Shown one piece after another: positions 34,753-47,399 of a DNA stretch of 64,000 nucleotides. How positions within the stretch are numbered: the stretch's first letter is position 1; every line of letters starts with the position of its first letter. Source of the stretch: Macrostomum lignano (Eukaryota). Made by a program: the position numbers and the translations under genes. Where the stretch lies: positions 104,462 through 168,461 of the forward strand of contig NIVC01001048.1 in the NCBI GenBank assembly GCA_002269645.1, read 5' to 3'. The notes below the pieces were generated by a model. That model searched no databases. It was not told the DNA's origin and saw only the letters and a list, made by a program, of their open reading frames with translations.

Positions 34753-37700
34753 TCATTCGTCGCATTTATAAAAGTGCATTTCACATGGCCAGCCGTTTTG
34801 AAACATAACACACAGGTTCATAACCAGTTCGGCAATACTGGAGCATCTGAGAGCGTAGGCTGGATTGCTAGTGCTCGAATCGCCAGTAGCCTCAATTTGA
34901 TTATCAAGCAATGATGCAGCACCATCAAAAGAAGCTGGAAACTGATCGGAGCCATGCGAATCAAACAGAAACAGTTGACTGGAATCTACCCGATCTCGGG
35001 TCACAGCCACAGCTCTGCCGTGCATGATCAACAAGAAGCCATCGTAGCCGTTGGCAAATCCCCACTGTACACTCCTACCCGAGTCAATCCAGTTATGAGG
35101 ATTTGACTCGCCAACTACGGGATCAAATCTTGGCCAGCCTCCGTGTCGATCGAATGCCAGCATCCCATTCTGCAGCTCGTCAAAATTTAAATGTTGATTA
35201 TTTGGCAGCCTATTGGCTTTGATGCAAGTTTCATACAGTTGATGGCCAATATTCAAGACGACATCGAGAATAGATTTCGATAGCGAGCCGCTAAACGATC
35301 CCAGTAGCATATGATGCAGCCGGATAAAAGCCATAGACATTGCCATGCACTGCATTCCGGCCGCAGCGCCAAATAATGAGAAATCTGACTGGTTTCTGCT
35401 AGCCAATAGGGCTGCGCGTTGGACATAGCCTGTGAAATTTATCGTTGCCTTCTTAATTAATATTTCCTATGCTAGTCTCACACAGGTACGTTTCTATAGT
35501 TTGTGCGAGCAACTGCATTACTCTGCATGTCCTAAACTTGACCACTCCTAAACTTGACTACTCCTAAACTTGACTACTCCTAAACTTGACTACTCCTAAA
35601 CTTGACTACTCATAAACTTGACTACTCCTAAACTTGACTACTCATAAACTTGACTACTCATAAACTTGACTACTTCTAAACTTGACTACTCCTAAACTTG
35701 ACCACTCATAAACTTGACCACTCCTAAACTTGACTACTCCTAAACTTGACTACTTCTAAACTTGACTACTCCTAAACTTGACCACTCCTAAACTTGACAA
35801 ACCCTAAACTTAACCACTCCTAAACTTGACCACTCCTAAACTTGACTACTCCTAAACTTGACCACGCCTAAACTTACTACTTCTAAACTTGACTACTCCT
35901 AAACTTGACTACTTCTAAACTTGACTACTCCTAAACTTGACCACTCCTAAACTTGACCACTCCTAAACTTGACTACTCCTAAACTTGACTACTCATAAAC
36001 TTGACTACTCATAAACTTGACTACTCATAAACTTGACCACTCCTAAACTTGACCACTCCTAAACTTGACTACTCCTAAACTTGACCACTCCTAAACTTGA
36101 CCACTCCTAAACTTGACTACTCCTAAACTTGACTACTCATAAACTTGACCACGCCTAAACTTGACTACTTCTAAACTTGACTACTCATAAACTTGACCAC
36201 GCCTAAACTTGACTACTTCTAAACTTGACTACTCCTAAACGTGACTACTCCTAAGCTTGACTACTCCTAAACTTGACTACTCCTAAACTTGACTACTCCT
36301 AAACTTGACTACTCCTAAACTTGACTACTTCTAAACTTGACTACTCCTAAACTTGACTACTCCTAAACTTGACTACTCCTAAACTTGACCACTCCTAAAC
36401 TTGACTACTCCTAAACTTGACTACTCATAAACTTGACTACTCCTAAACTTGACTACTCATAAACTTGACCACTCCTAAACTTGACTACTCATAAACTTGA
36501 CCACTCCTAAACTTGACTACTCCTAAACTTGACCACTCCTAAACTTGACCACTCCTAAACTTGACCACTCCTAAACTTGACCACTCCTAAACTTGACTAC
36601 TCCTAAACTTGACTACTCATAAACTTGACCACGCCTAAACTTGACTACTTCTAAACTTGACTACTCCTAAACTTGACCACGCCTAAACTTGACTACTTCT
36701 AAACTTGACTACTCCTAAACGTGACTACTCCTAAACTTGACTACTCCTAAACTTGACTACTCCTAAACTTGACTACTCCTAAACTTGACTACTCCTAAAC
36801 TTGACTACTCCTAAACTTGACTACTCCTAAACTTGACTACTCCTAAACTTGACTACTCCTAAACTTGACCACTCCTAAAAAATTGACCACTCCTAAAAAC
36901 TTGACTACTTCTAAACTTGACCACTCCTAAAAACTTGACTACTCCTAAACTTGACCACTCCTAAAAAATTGACCACTCCTAAAAACTTGACTACTCCTAA
37001 ACTTGACCACTCTTAAACTTGACTCTCCTAAACTTGACTCCTAAACACTTGGCAACTTTTTGAGGGTTTCACTCAATCACTAAATTTCACATTATGAAAA
37101 TTTTAGCAACTTACCTGGCTCAGCCTCTTCCTGACTAATTTGTGTTTGAAACTGAACACGAGGCCACCCGGGATTAGCAAACTGGCACGCGTCAGGCAGA
37201 ATTTCTGGCGGAAGACTGACAACGCGAGAGTGCGCTAGAGCCCTGCTAACAGCGTCAGTGGTCATCTTCAACAACAGGCCATTGTAGGCACTATCTTCTC
37301 TACTCCGTAGATAACAATGAAAATCCATCAGAAACTGCATCCGTGTCCAAACAAACGGTCCCGAATTCCAACGCACCTGGAACAGCGGATCTCTATTCGA
37401 ACTAATACTAGCCCGATTGACCAATTGACTGCTCCAAGCTGCACTGGGAGTGGACAAGAAATCAAGCAGACAGTCGCGAGCAAACTGATGAAATTGGTGC
37501 GAGCACTGGCACGGATCAACTAGCTTCATCAGTTGCACAACAGTATTGCTTGGATTCTCAAGAATTTTACAAATCAGCTTGCAAACTTGCGACTTTGAAA
37601 CGTTAGAAATGGTAATTGATTCTCTCTCATTGTCATTAACCAACTCCATAGAGAAGCGACCAGCTGGCTGGCCAGGGTCATCTGTAACCAGGACAGCAGC

Positions 37701-38010
37701 GGTCGGAGGGTACATCATTGTACACAGCGTAGACATTAGGCTTTCAACACACTCCGGAAGAGCAAGACAGCCCAGTCTATTAAGATCCGCCTCTGAATAA
37801 TGTGGCCGCTGTCTTATGCTTCGGAGGACATAGACCTAAAATTTTTTAGCAATGCAGAAAAATAATGCAAGTTATCATTGCCTCAATTCTTTATTAGAAT
37901 TAACTCCCTCAACTCACATTAATAATTTGTGCAGAAGTAATTAGAAAATACAAATGATGGATGCCACCAAAAGAATTCTCTGCAACATTGTTATCATTTT
38001 CTTCATCCAT
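34753..38010 (-). CDS. 3-exon gene (38010-37918, 37835-37115, 35429-34753), 496 aa: unknown N-terminal domain + C-terminal herpesvirus-tegument-type (peptidase C76-like) deubiquitinase domain
   Basis: AAACA-ATG start; donors AAT|GTGAGT and G|GTAAGT; acceptors TTTTTAG and TTCACAG; phases 0 and 1 match; 1491 nt = 497 codons with no internal stop. Motifs SRNQSDF...AGMQCMAMS (Gln and catalytic Cys) and GFLLIMHGRAVAV...LFLFDSH (Asp/His) match my recollection of the UL36/BPLF1-type DUB signature. Confidence 0.78.
35530..37045. repeat. 16-bp minisatellite, about 94 copies (TAAACTTGACTACTCC), filling intron 2 of the DUB-like gene
   Basis: Directly visible. Confidence 0.97.
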
Positions 38011-38343
38011 TGTTTAATTGTTGCTATTGCTAATTTTTGTAGTCAAGTAGCAATAACTGTAGGGCTTGTGGCATGAATTGGTAATTGTATAAAAATGAGA
38101 TTAAATTATATAAAATTTTATATAATTCATTACAAAATTATTTTTAAAGATTTTACTTTAATATTGTTTACTTACAATAGAATAAGTCAAGCAAAATTAC
38201 TATAGTCTAATCATTTATGCCTGTAAAAAAAGATTATTGATAAAGTGATACCTTAAAAATGTAATAAAAACCTAGTTTTGCATAGAAAGATTGATATGCA
38301 TAATAACTTTCTAACAAAACTCAAAGCACTAAATATTTAGATT

Positions 38344-38607
38344 CAGGGGCGTAGCGAGGGGGGTATTGGTATATCGGCCGATACCCCCAAATTTCCAAAG
38401 CAACATTTTTTTCCTTTTTTCAGTTGCAATTGTGACCGTTATGGAAGAGAAAGGTATCCAAATCGAAAGAATAACAATTAACAAACAAATAGAGTATTTA
38501 TATGTATTATGCACTAGAAATACATTAAGGGGATATGTGGATCTCAAGCCCTTGCTTTCTGATAACAGCTAACCGATACCTCAAAAAAAATCCTGGCTAT
38601 GCCCCTG
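38344..38607. mobile_element. hAT-family MITE, 264 bp
   Basis: 8-bp TSD TTTAGATT (38336-38343 and 38608-38615). TIRs CAGGGGCGTAGC and CAGGGGCATAGC (reverse complement). The right end TCCTGGCTATGCCCCTG is nearly identical to that of the 10421-14250 element. Confidence 0.93.
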
Positions 38608-39009
38608 TTTAGATTAGGCCCTAATAGCAAAGTCCTAATTAATAATAAGACAAAATGAAATAATGAAAAATTAAATATAAAATTTAAAATAATATAAAGC
38701 TAGTTGCAATATTTAACAACTTGCTTTACAATGCCAGCATACTAAAACAATATTTTAAATCATTTAAAAAACGAAAATAATATTTATAAATTGTATTTTT
38801 CAGGTTGATATTTATTTTTTTACGTAATACCTGTTGGAAAAGTTATGCACTTGTGTAGGCATAAAATGTGAGCAAGGTGCACAAAAGAGGCACTTTAGTG
38901 GCCTATTTTTTCATGTTTTTTTAGCTAGTTAAAAGGACATTCCAGAGTCAGTTAGATTTATCTCAACAAGATAGAGCACCAGCACACTAATTAAGGGTTG
39001 CATAGGAAT

Positions 39010-39270
39010 GGCTGGAGCAGAACATTAACTTGCAAAGTTGCACTAGCCGCCATTGTTGCCAGATCTATTGCTGCTTGAATCTAGTGTGAAGGCACACATT
39101 AAGAGCAAGGCCTATTCTGTCTGCCATAGCAACATTGAGTCATCAAAGGCTGCTATGATAGAAGAGTGGAATGCTGTGTCACTAGCCTATATCCGCAACA
39201 CTTGCAGAACTTTCCAAAGATGCCTTCAGAGAGCCATTGAAGCTTGAGGTAGCTACTTTGAGTAATATTA
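39010..39270 (+). mobile_element. Tc1/mariner-superfamily transposase relic (C-terminal fragment)
   Basis: Translates as PP..PDL...HSNIESSKAAMIEEWNAVSLAYIRNTCRTFQRCLQRAIEA*GSYFE*, the typical Tc1-like C-terminus (WPPxSPDL...LKxAIxxEW...RLxAVIxAxGGYFE). Degenerate, with stops. Confidence 0.65.
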
Positions 39271-39518
39271 ACTACTGCAAGTCATGAACACATGCAAAAG
39301 GTTTTAGTAGCCAAAAATATATAATTTGAATAATAATACTTTTTATGTTGCTTCTAATTTACTGAAAATACTATTGCAATACCCAGACTTTATTAAAGAT
39401 CCTAATGATTTGCCAATATGTATATAGAAAGTAAATTTTAGTAAAAAAAGGTTATTTGCAAATGAATAGCTTTATAATGCAGTGAAATAAAATAAAAGCA
39501 AACAAGTATTAAAAAGAA

Positions 39519-41392
39519 TCTTTCTTCTAATCCTCACATAATACTAAAAGTGGTGCGTTGTTTGTTTGTTTGTATGTTGTAAGTGAACTCCTACAATTCT
39601 GCCAAGTCAGCGTCGAAACTTATATGGGAAAACTGCAAATTTTCCGGATCAGGCTTTAGGCTATTTTAATTTTTAATTTTCACATTTTAACATCCCTAAA
39701 AAAGCAGAAAACTGCTTTTTTAACCCCCAATAACCTTCTTTGGCCACTCTGCCTGGGGCTGCAGCCAGTTTGTAAAAATAGCCACCCCAACCTCCGCCCG
39801 CGGGCCGCTGTGTATTGAGGGGTGGTGGGTGCGCGTGTTCTGGGTTCAATGCAAATAAAACCCCCCGCGTGTTGGGGGGCTGAGTTAAATTTAATGCTTT
39901 ACCCAGAACGGGGGTTGGGCTTGGGCTGAGTGTACATAGCAGTTGTACAGTGTGAATAGATAGACTGTGTCGAGATTCAATTGGTTTTATTATTGGCGCC
40001 TTTTTTCCATAGGCAGCCCTGTGTATTAGTTTGGCGTGAAATTCAATGAATAAACTTGCGAACTTCTCTAGCAACTTAGCAAGCAGTCGGGAAATTGGTG
40101 AATTTCAAACGCTAACTGTTCCTCGAGTTTTAAACTTTGAGAGGAGAGACTTATATTGCTAGAAAGATCTTGCAACGCTGAGTTCGGGGATATAAGTTGT
40201 TTGCTTTAAATATGAAAAGAAAAAGCACAGCATTTAAAAAACTATTTCCATACTTTTAACTTTCTGCAAAAATTGTACTCAGTTTTGCGAGACGTAATAG
40301 ATAAAGTTGGGCGTATTGGAAGGGTGTCTGCCGCTGCATATTGGAGGGTTGATTTAGATTGCGCAACCGTTTATTTAACTTTAAATAAGACTGATACTGT
40401 CTGACTGAGAAATGGTTTGCGCAATTAATTGATTCAATTGATTCAACACGCAGCTCTGTGCAGCTCTAACCCTAACCCTAACCAATGAATTCTGAGAGTT
40501 AAGTTCTTTTTGACAGAAAATTTCGATTGAGTCCAGTTTCACGGAGTATTCTGATGGTTTTCGGTTTCACGGAGAGGATTTCTTTTTCGTGGAGAGAATT
40601 TAGATGTATTTCTGTTTTACGGAGACGATTTTGATGGATGTCAGTTTCACTCAGAGGATTTCCATGGAGCCCAGTTTCACGGAGAGGATTTCTGTTTCGC
40701 GGAGAGGATTTCTGTTTCGCGGAGAGGATTTCTGTTTCACGGAGGGATTTTGATGGATTTGGTATCTTCAGTCAGTCAGTAAAGAGAGTAAAGAGAAGAG
40801 TGAAAAGAGAAGAGAGAAGAGATTATAGAAAAGAGAGTAGAGATGAGAGAGGACAGATTAGACATGACAGATGGGAGAGAAGAGGGGAGTAAGGCGGGAA
40901 CGAAGAGGGAGAGAGAAGAAAAGAGGAGAGAGGAGATGAGAGGGAAGATATGAGATAGCAGAGGGAGACAGGAGAGATGAGAGGGGAGAGAAGAGAGGAG
41001 CTGAGAGTAGAGGAGAAAGAAATAGTGAGATGAGGCATGAGGGATGAGAGATGAGAGAGGAGAGAAGAGAGGAGAAAACAGGGGATAAAGGAGACAGGAG
41101 AGAAAGCCGAAAGACGAGGGAGAAGAGATAAATAAGGTGGTAGAGATGAGAGACGTGAGAGGAGAGAGAAGAGAAGAGAGGAGACAGAAGAATCTGAGTC
41201 TGGACAATGGCAGTCAGTTTTTGCGAACAGGGAAAACAAGATATGGTATTTGAAAGGCTTTACAGAGGATTTGGAGATGATTTGGAAGATGGGATTCAAG
41301 TCAGCTGGAATTTCAGCTGATGGATTTCAGGGAATGGAATTCCGGTGATGGGAGTTCTTCCCCTTTCTCCTCCGAAGGAGGAGTTCCACTCG
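39519..41392 (+). mobile_element. Putative non-autonomous Helitron, unit 0 (divergent member)
   Basis: Starts A|TC...ATAATACTAAAAG followed by a (TTTG)n microsatellite. Shares the GATTTAGATTGCG...GATACTG.CTGACTGAGAAAT block with units 1-3. Ends with hairpin CTCCTCC-GAA-GGAGGAG (41367-41383) and CTCG instead of CTAG. Confidence 0.5.
40770..41200. repeat. AG-rich low-complexity tract
   Basis: Directly visible; produces the Leu/Ser-rich minus-strand ORFs. Confidence 0.9.
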
Positions 41393-41984
41393 TATATACT
41401 AAAAATGAAAATCTTGCTTGCTTGCTTGCTTGTAATCGATTAGAGAAAAAATGGCTTAACCGATTTTCATGAGACTTGCACTGTTCGATCAGAAATTTTC
41501 CCGTGACGGTACATGTGTCTTGGCTAAGAAATTGCTCGATGCTAAAGGCATTAAATACTCGCAAAGGTCAAGCAAACTTTTCGACTTGAAATGCATTGTA
41601 AGAATGCTAGAAAAAAATTGACTGGTTGAATTCTGATTCTAAAATAGATTGCATCATAACTGAATTGTGACTCCGACTTGAATTGCGTCACAGTATTGAA
41701 AATGCAGTGTGGAAGCGAAACACCAGACGTGATTTAGATTGCGTAACCATATTGTTAACTGATACTGACTGACTGAGAAATTGATTATGTCATAACTGCC
41801 TCGTGTGATTTACTCTATGCTTGGAGTTTTGAAACTTATAATTATAAGTGCTAAAATTCATATTATCAAAACGATGAGAGCTAGCCTAGAGGTAAACAGA
41901 CTGACTGCTAAATGCAGGGACGATGGTTCGAATTTTTAGAGAGTGGAATTTTTTTAATTAAAGCTTTTTAACACCAAAAAGAAA

Positions 41985-43560
41985 ACTAAAAAATCATAGA
42001 AGCGTCATGTAAAAAATCATAGAAGCGTCATGTAAAAAATCATAGAAGCGTCATGTAAAAAATCATAGAAGCGTCATGTAAAAAATCATAGAAGCGTCAT
42101 GTAAAAAATCATAAAAGCGTCATGTAAAAAATCATGGAAGCGTCATGAAAAAATCATAGGAGCGTCATGAAAAAATCATAGAAGCATCATGTAAAAATCA
42201 TAGAAGCGTCCTGCAGAAATCGTAGAAGCATCATGTAAAAATCATAGAAGCGTCATGTAAACAATCATAGAAGCGTCATGTAAAAAATCATAGAAGCGTC
42301 ATGTAAAAAATTGTGGAAGCGTCATGAAAAAATCATAGAAGCGTCATGTAAAAAATCATAGAAGCGTCATGAAAATATCATAGAAGCGTCATGTAAAAAA
42401 TCATAGAAGCGTCATGCAAAAAATCATAGAAGTGCCATGTAAAAAATCATGGAAGCGTCATGTAAAAATCATAGAAGCGTCATGAAAAAATCATGGAAGC
42501 GTCATGTAAAAAATCATGGAAGCGTCATGAAAAAAAATCATGGAAGCGTCATGTAAAAATCATAGAAGTGTCATGTAAAAAATCATGGAAGCGTCATGTA
42601 AAAAATCATAGAAGCGTCATGTAAAAAATCATGGAAGCGTCATGCAAAAATCATAGTAGCGTCATGTAAAAAATCATAGAAGCGTCATGAAAAAATCATA
42701 GAAGCGTCATGAAAAAAACATAGGAGCGTCCTGAAAAAATCATAGAAGCGTCATGTAAAAATCATAGAAGCGTCATGTAAACAATCATAGAAGCGTCCTG
42801 CAGATATCGTAGAAGCGTCATGAAATAATCATAGAAGCGTCATGTAAAAAGCATAGAAGCGTCATGTAAAAAATCATGGAAGCGTCATGTAAAAAATCAT
42901 AGAAGCGTCATGTAAAAAATCATGGAAGCGTCATGTAAAAATCATAGTAGCGTCATGTAAAAAATCATAGAAGCGTCATGAAAAAATCATAGAAACGTCA
43001 TGTAAAAATCATAGAAGCGTCATGTAAAAATCATAGAATCGTCATATAAAAAGCATAGAAGCGTCATGTAAACAATCATAGAAGCGTCATATAAAAAGCA
43101 TAGAAGCGTCATATAAACAATCACAGAAGCGTCATGAAAAAATCATGGAAGCGTCATGTATAAATCATAGAAGCGTCATGTAAAAAATCATGGAAGCGTC
43201 ATATAAAAAGCATAGAAGCGTCATATAAACAATCACAGAAGCGTCATGAAAAAATCATGGAAGCATCATGTAAAAATCATAGAAGTGTCATGTACGGTAA
43301 AAAATCATGGAAGCGTCATGTAAAAAGCATAGAAGCGTCATGTAAAAAGCATAGAAGCGTCATGTAAACAATCATAGAAGCGTCATGAAAAAATCATAGG
43401 AGCGTCATGAAAAAATCATAGAAGCATCATGTAAAAATCATAGAAGCATCCTGCAGAAATCGTAGAAGCATCATGTAAACAATCATAGAAGCGTCATGTA
43501 AACAATCATCGAAGCGTCATGAAAAAATCATAGAAGCCTCATTTAAAAACTAATGAAAGC
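41985..43560. repeat. ~22-bp minisatellite (AAAAATCATAGAAGCGTCATGT) inside Helitron unit 1
   Basis: Directly visible. Confidence 0.96.
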
Positions 43561-44217
43561 ATCATTTAAAAAATTAAGAAGCATCATGGAAGAATAAAAG
43601 AAGTGTAATGTAAAAATCAAAAGAAGCGTCATGTCAGACATGAAGGATGTCATGTAAAAATGAAATGCAGCTATAATGCTGTGCTGGGAAGAAAAACTGA
43701 GACGTAAAGGCTCTCAGAGAATAACTGAGATTACGAGGGGGGGGGTTGTTTCTGGGATCTCAAAGCAAAAGTCAGAAGCTACTTCAAAGTTCATGGAATC
43801 ACTAAAATGTCAAGGCTTAGGGGAGAAGAATTGCTGAGATTTCAAGGCTTTAGGTTGGGTTAAAGTTAGGTTTAGGTCAGGTGTGGGTTGAGGGTTATAT
43901 TTTATCGGGTTTCAAGGTTAACAGTGGATTTTTTAGATTTCAAGGTTTATGGGGGCCATCGCTGACATGTCAAAGCTTACGGACGGGGGGAATAGCTGAG
44001 ATGTCAAGGCTCACGGGGGTATAAATGAGATTTCAAGGCTAAAGTCAGAAGCTACATGTAGTTTATTGAAAACTTTTTATTACATTATTTGATGCCTCCT
44101 CAGGCGAGGGATCGCTGATAAAAAAAGCGTTATGTAAAAAATAAAAGAAGCTTATCGCTATAATGCTGTAGTAGTGCTATAATGACTCTTAGAGAGAATT
44201 ACTGAAATTTCAATGCT

Positions 44218-44256
44218 TTAGGGTTAGGTTAGGGTTAGGGTTAGGGTTAGGGTTAG
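44218..44256 (+). repeat. Interstitial telomeric repeat (TTAGGG)n, about 6 copies
   Basis: Directly visible inside Helitron unit 1. Confidence 0.95.
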
Positions 44257-45094
44257 AAGGTTGACAGATATTTTTAGATTTCCAAGGCTTATTGGGGGCA
44301 TTGCTGAGATGTCAAGGGGGGAAGTTGATATGTTAAAGCTTGTGGGGGGGGGGAATTACTGACATGTCAAGGCTTACAAGGTTTGACAGGAGATTTTTTA
44401 AGATTTCAAGGATACATGTAGCTTATTAAAAAAACGTGTATAGCATTTCTTTGGCTCCCCAACGGGGGGCGTAGATTGCTAGTCCTATATACTAAAAATG
44501 GTCTGTCTGTGTCTATGTGATCAATTAGAGAAAAAATGGCTGGACCGATTTTGTTCGAACTTGCACTGTTCGATCAGAAATTTTCCCGTGACTGTACATG
44601 CATCGTGGCTAAGAAATTGCTCGATGCTAAAGGCATTAAATATTCGAAAAACATGCTTTTTTGCAAAGGTCAAGCAAACTTTTCGACTTGAAATGCATTG
44701 TAAGAATGCTAGAGAAAAAACTGACTGGTTGAATTCTGATTCTGAAATAGATTGCATCATAACTGAATTGTAACTCCGACTTGAATTGAAAATGCAGTGT
44801 GGAAGCGTAGCACCAGACTTGATTTAAATTGCGTAACCATGCATATTGTTAACTGATACTGACTGACTGAGAAACTGATTATGTCATAACTGCTTCGTGT
44901 AATTTACTCTATGCTTGGATTTTCAAGTGTTGAATTATATAAGTGCAAAATTTGATGTTATCAAAACGATGAGAGCTAGCCTAGAGGTGAACAAACTGAA
45001 CTGCTAAATGCAGCGACAATGGTTCGAATTTTCATAGAGTATAATTTTTTTAATTAAAGCTTTTCAACGTCAGGAAAACTAAAAGACTTTTTAA

Positions 45095-46175
45095 AAAGAA
45101 GCGTCATGTAAAAATCATAGAAGCGTCATATAAAAAATCATAGTAGCGTTATATAAAAATCATAGATGCGTCATTTAAAAAATCATAGAAGCGTCATGTA
45201 AAAATCATAGAAGCGTCATTTAAAAATCATAGAAGCGTCATTTAAGAATCATAGAAGCGCCATGTAAAAAATCATAGAAGCGTCATGTAAAAATCATAGA
45301 AGCGTCATTTAAAAAATCAGAGAAGCATCATGTAAAAAATCAGAGAAGCGTCATGTAAAATAACATAGAAGCGTCATGTAAACCATCATAGAAGCGTCAT
45401 GTAAACAATCATAGAAGCGTCATGTAAAAAATCATAGAAGCGTCATGTTAACAATCATAGAAGCGTCATGTAAACAATCATAGAAGCGTCATGTAAACAA
45501 TCATAGAAGCGTCATGTAAAAAATCATAGAAATGCCATGTAAAAAATCATAGAAGCGTCATGTAAAAAATCATAGAAGCGTCATGTAAAAAATTGTAGAA
45601 GCGTCATATAAAAATCATAGAAGTGTCATGTAAAAATCGTAGAAGCATCATATAACAATCATAGAAGCGTCATTTAAAAAATCATAGAAGCGTCATGTAA
45701 ACAATCATAGAAGCGTCATGTAAAAATCATAGAAGTGTCATTTAAAAAATCATAGGAGCGTCATGTAAACAATCATAGAAGCGTCATTTAAAAAATCATG
45801 GAAGCGTCATGTAAAAAAATCGTAGAAGCGTCATGTAAAATATCATAGAAGCGTCATGTAAACAATCATAGAAGCGTCATGTAAAAATCATAGAAGCGTC
45901 ATGTAAAAAATCATAGAAGCGTCATGTAAAAAAATCATAGAAGCATCATGTAAAAAATCAGAGAAGCGTCATGTAAACAATCATAGAAGCGTCATATAAA
46001 AATCATAGAAGCGTCATGTAAACAATCATAGAAGCGTCATGTAAACAATCATAGAAGCGTCATGTAAAAAATCATAGAAGCGTCATGTAAAAAATCATAG
46101 AAGCGTCATGTAAAAAATCAGATAAGCGTCATGTAAACAATCATAGAAGCGTCATGTAAACAATCATAGAAGCCT
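45095..46175. repeat. Same ~22-bp minisatellite inside Helitron unit 2
   Basis: Directly visible. Confidence 0.96.
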
Positions 46176-47103
46176 TATTTAAAAACTAATGAAAGTGTCA
46201 TTTAAAAAATTAAGTAGCATCATGGTAGAATAAAAGAAGCGCCATGTCAGACATGAAGGGTGTCATGTAAAAATTAAATGCAGCTATAATGCTGTGCTGG
46301 GGAGAAAAACTGAGACGTAAAGGCTCTCAGAGAATAACTGAGATTATGGGGGGGGGTTCTGTGATGTCAAAGCAAAAGTCAGAAGCTACTTCAAAGTTCA
46401 TGTACTTTACTCAATTTTTTTATTGCATTCTTTGTTGGCTTGCCACGGGGGGGGGCGCTGATAGAAGAAGAGTCATGTAAAAAATAAAAGTAGCACTACG
46501 TATACATAAAAGAAAAGTCATGTCGAAGTTAAAAGATTCATTTGGGAATTGGGAATTGAGGTCAAAGCTTGGTGGAAATCGTTATAGTGCTGTGATTCTT
46601 AAAGAAGGAATCACTAAAATGTCAAGGCTTAGGGGAGAAGAATTGCTGAGATTTCAAGGCTTTAGGTTGGGTAAAAGTTAGGTTTAGGTCAGGTGTGGGT
46701 TGAGGGTTATATTTTATCAGGTTTCAAGGTCAATAGAATAACAGGGGATTTTTTAGATTTCAAGGTTTATGGGGCCAACGCTGACCCCCAACGCTGATGT
46801 TAAGGCTTACGGGGGAATAGCTGAGATGTCAAGGCTCATGGGGGTATAAATGAGATTTCAAGGCTAAAGTCAGAAGCTGCATGTAGTTTATTGAAAAATT
46901 TTTATTACATTATTTGATGCCTCCTCAGGGGAGGGATCGCTGATAAAAAAAAGCATAATGTAAAAAATAAAAGAAGCTTCATGTCGAAGTTAAGTGATTC
47001 ATTTGGGATTCCCTACGATGTCGAGGCTTGCAGGGAATCGCTATAATGCTGTAGTAGTGCTATAATGACTCTTAAAGAGAATTATTACTGAAATTTCAAT
47101 GCT

Positions 47104-47165
47104 TTAGGGTTAGGTTAGGGTTAGGGTTAGGGTTAGGGTTAGGGTTAGGCTAGGGTTAGGGTTAG
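47104..47165 (+). repeat. Interstitial telomeric repeat (TTAGGG)n, about 10 copies
   Basis: Homologous position inside Helitron unit 2. Confidence 0.95.
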
Positions 47166-47399
47166 AAGGTTGACAGATATTTTTAGATTTCCAAGGCTTA
47201 TTGCCGAATATTGGGGGCATTGCTGAGATGTCAAGGGGGGGAGTTGATATGTTAAAGCTTGTGGGGGGGAATTACTGACATGTCAAGGCTTACAAGGTTT
47301 GACAGGAGATTTTTTTAAGATTTCAAGGATACATGTAGCTTATTAAAAAAACGTGTATTGCATTTCTTTGGCTCCCCAACGGGGGGCGTAGATTGCTAG

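Larger units (their letters stand above)
41393..44482 (+). mobile_element. Non-autonomous Helitron, unit 1 (about 3.1 kb), carrying a 22-bp minisatellite and TTAGGG repeats
   Basis: 5' TATATACTAAAAATG + microsatellite. 3' hairpin GCTCCCC-AAC-GGGGGGC (44454-44470) followed 8 nt later by terminal CTAG (44479-44482). Confidence 0.8.
44483..47399 (+). mobile_element. Non-autonomous Helitron, unit 2 (about 2.9 kb), head-to-tail with unit 1
   Basis: Starts TCCTATATACTAAAAATGG directly after CTAG. Colinear with unit 1. Same hairpin + CTAG end (47396-47399). Confidence 0.85.

Noticed and set aside
31268-38010. Endogenous herpesvirus or giant-virus insertion
   Set aside because: Only the DUB-like domains look viral. 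There are no capsid, polymerase or terminase genes, and one gene has spliceosomal introns.
39673-40074. 133-aa ORF as a gene
   Set aside because: It lies inside the putative Helitron unit 0, starts at a non-ATG codon and has no recognisable motif.
44218-47165. Chromosome end or fusion site
   Set aside because: The TTAGGG tracts are short, internal and at homologous positions inside duplicated Helitron units.
20790-47165. Functional link between ATRX (a telomere/G4 repeat regulator) and the nearby TTAGGG-bearing Helitrons
   Set aside because: Proximity alone; repeats are ubiquitous here and nothing in the sequence supports a relationship.
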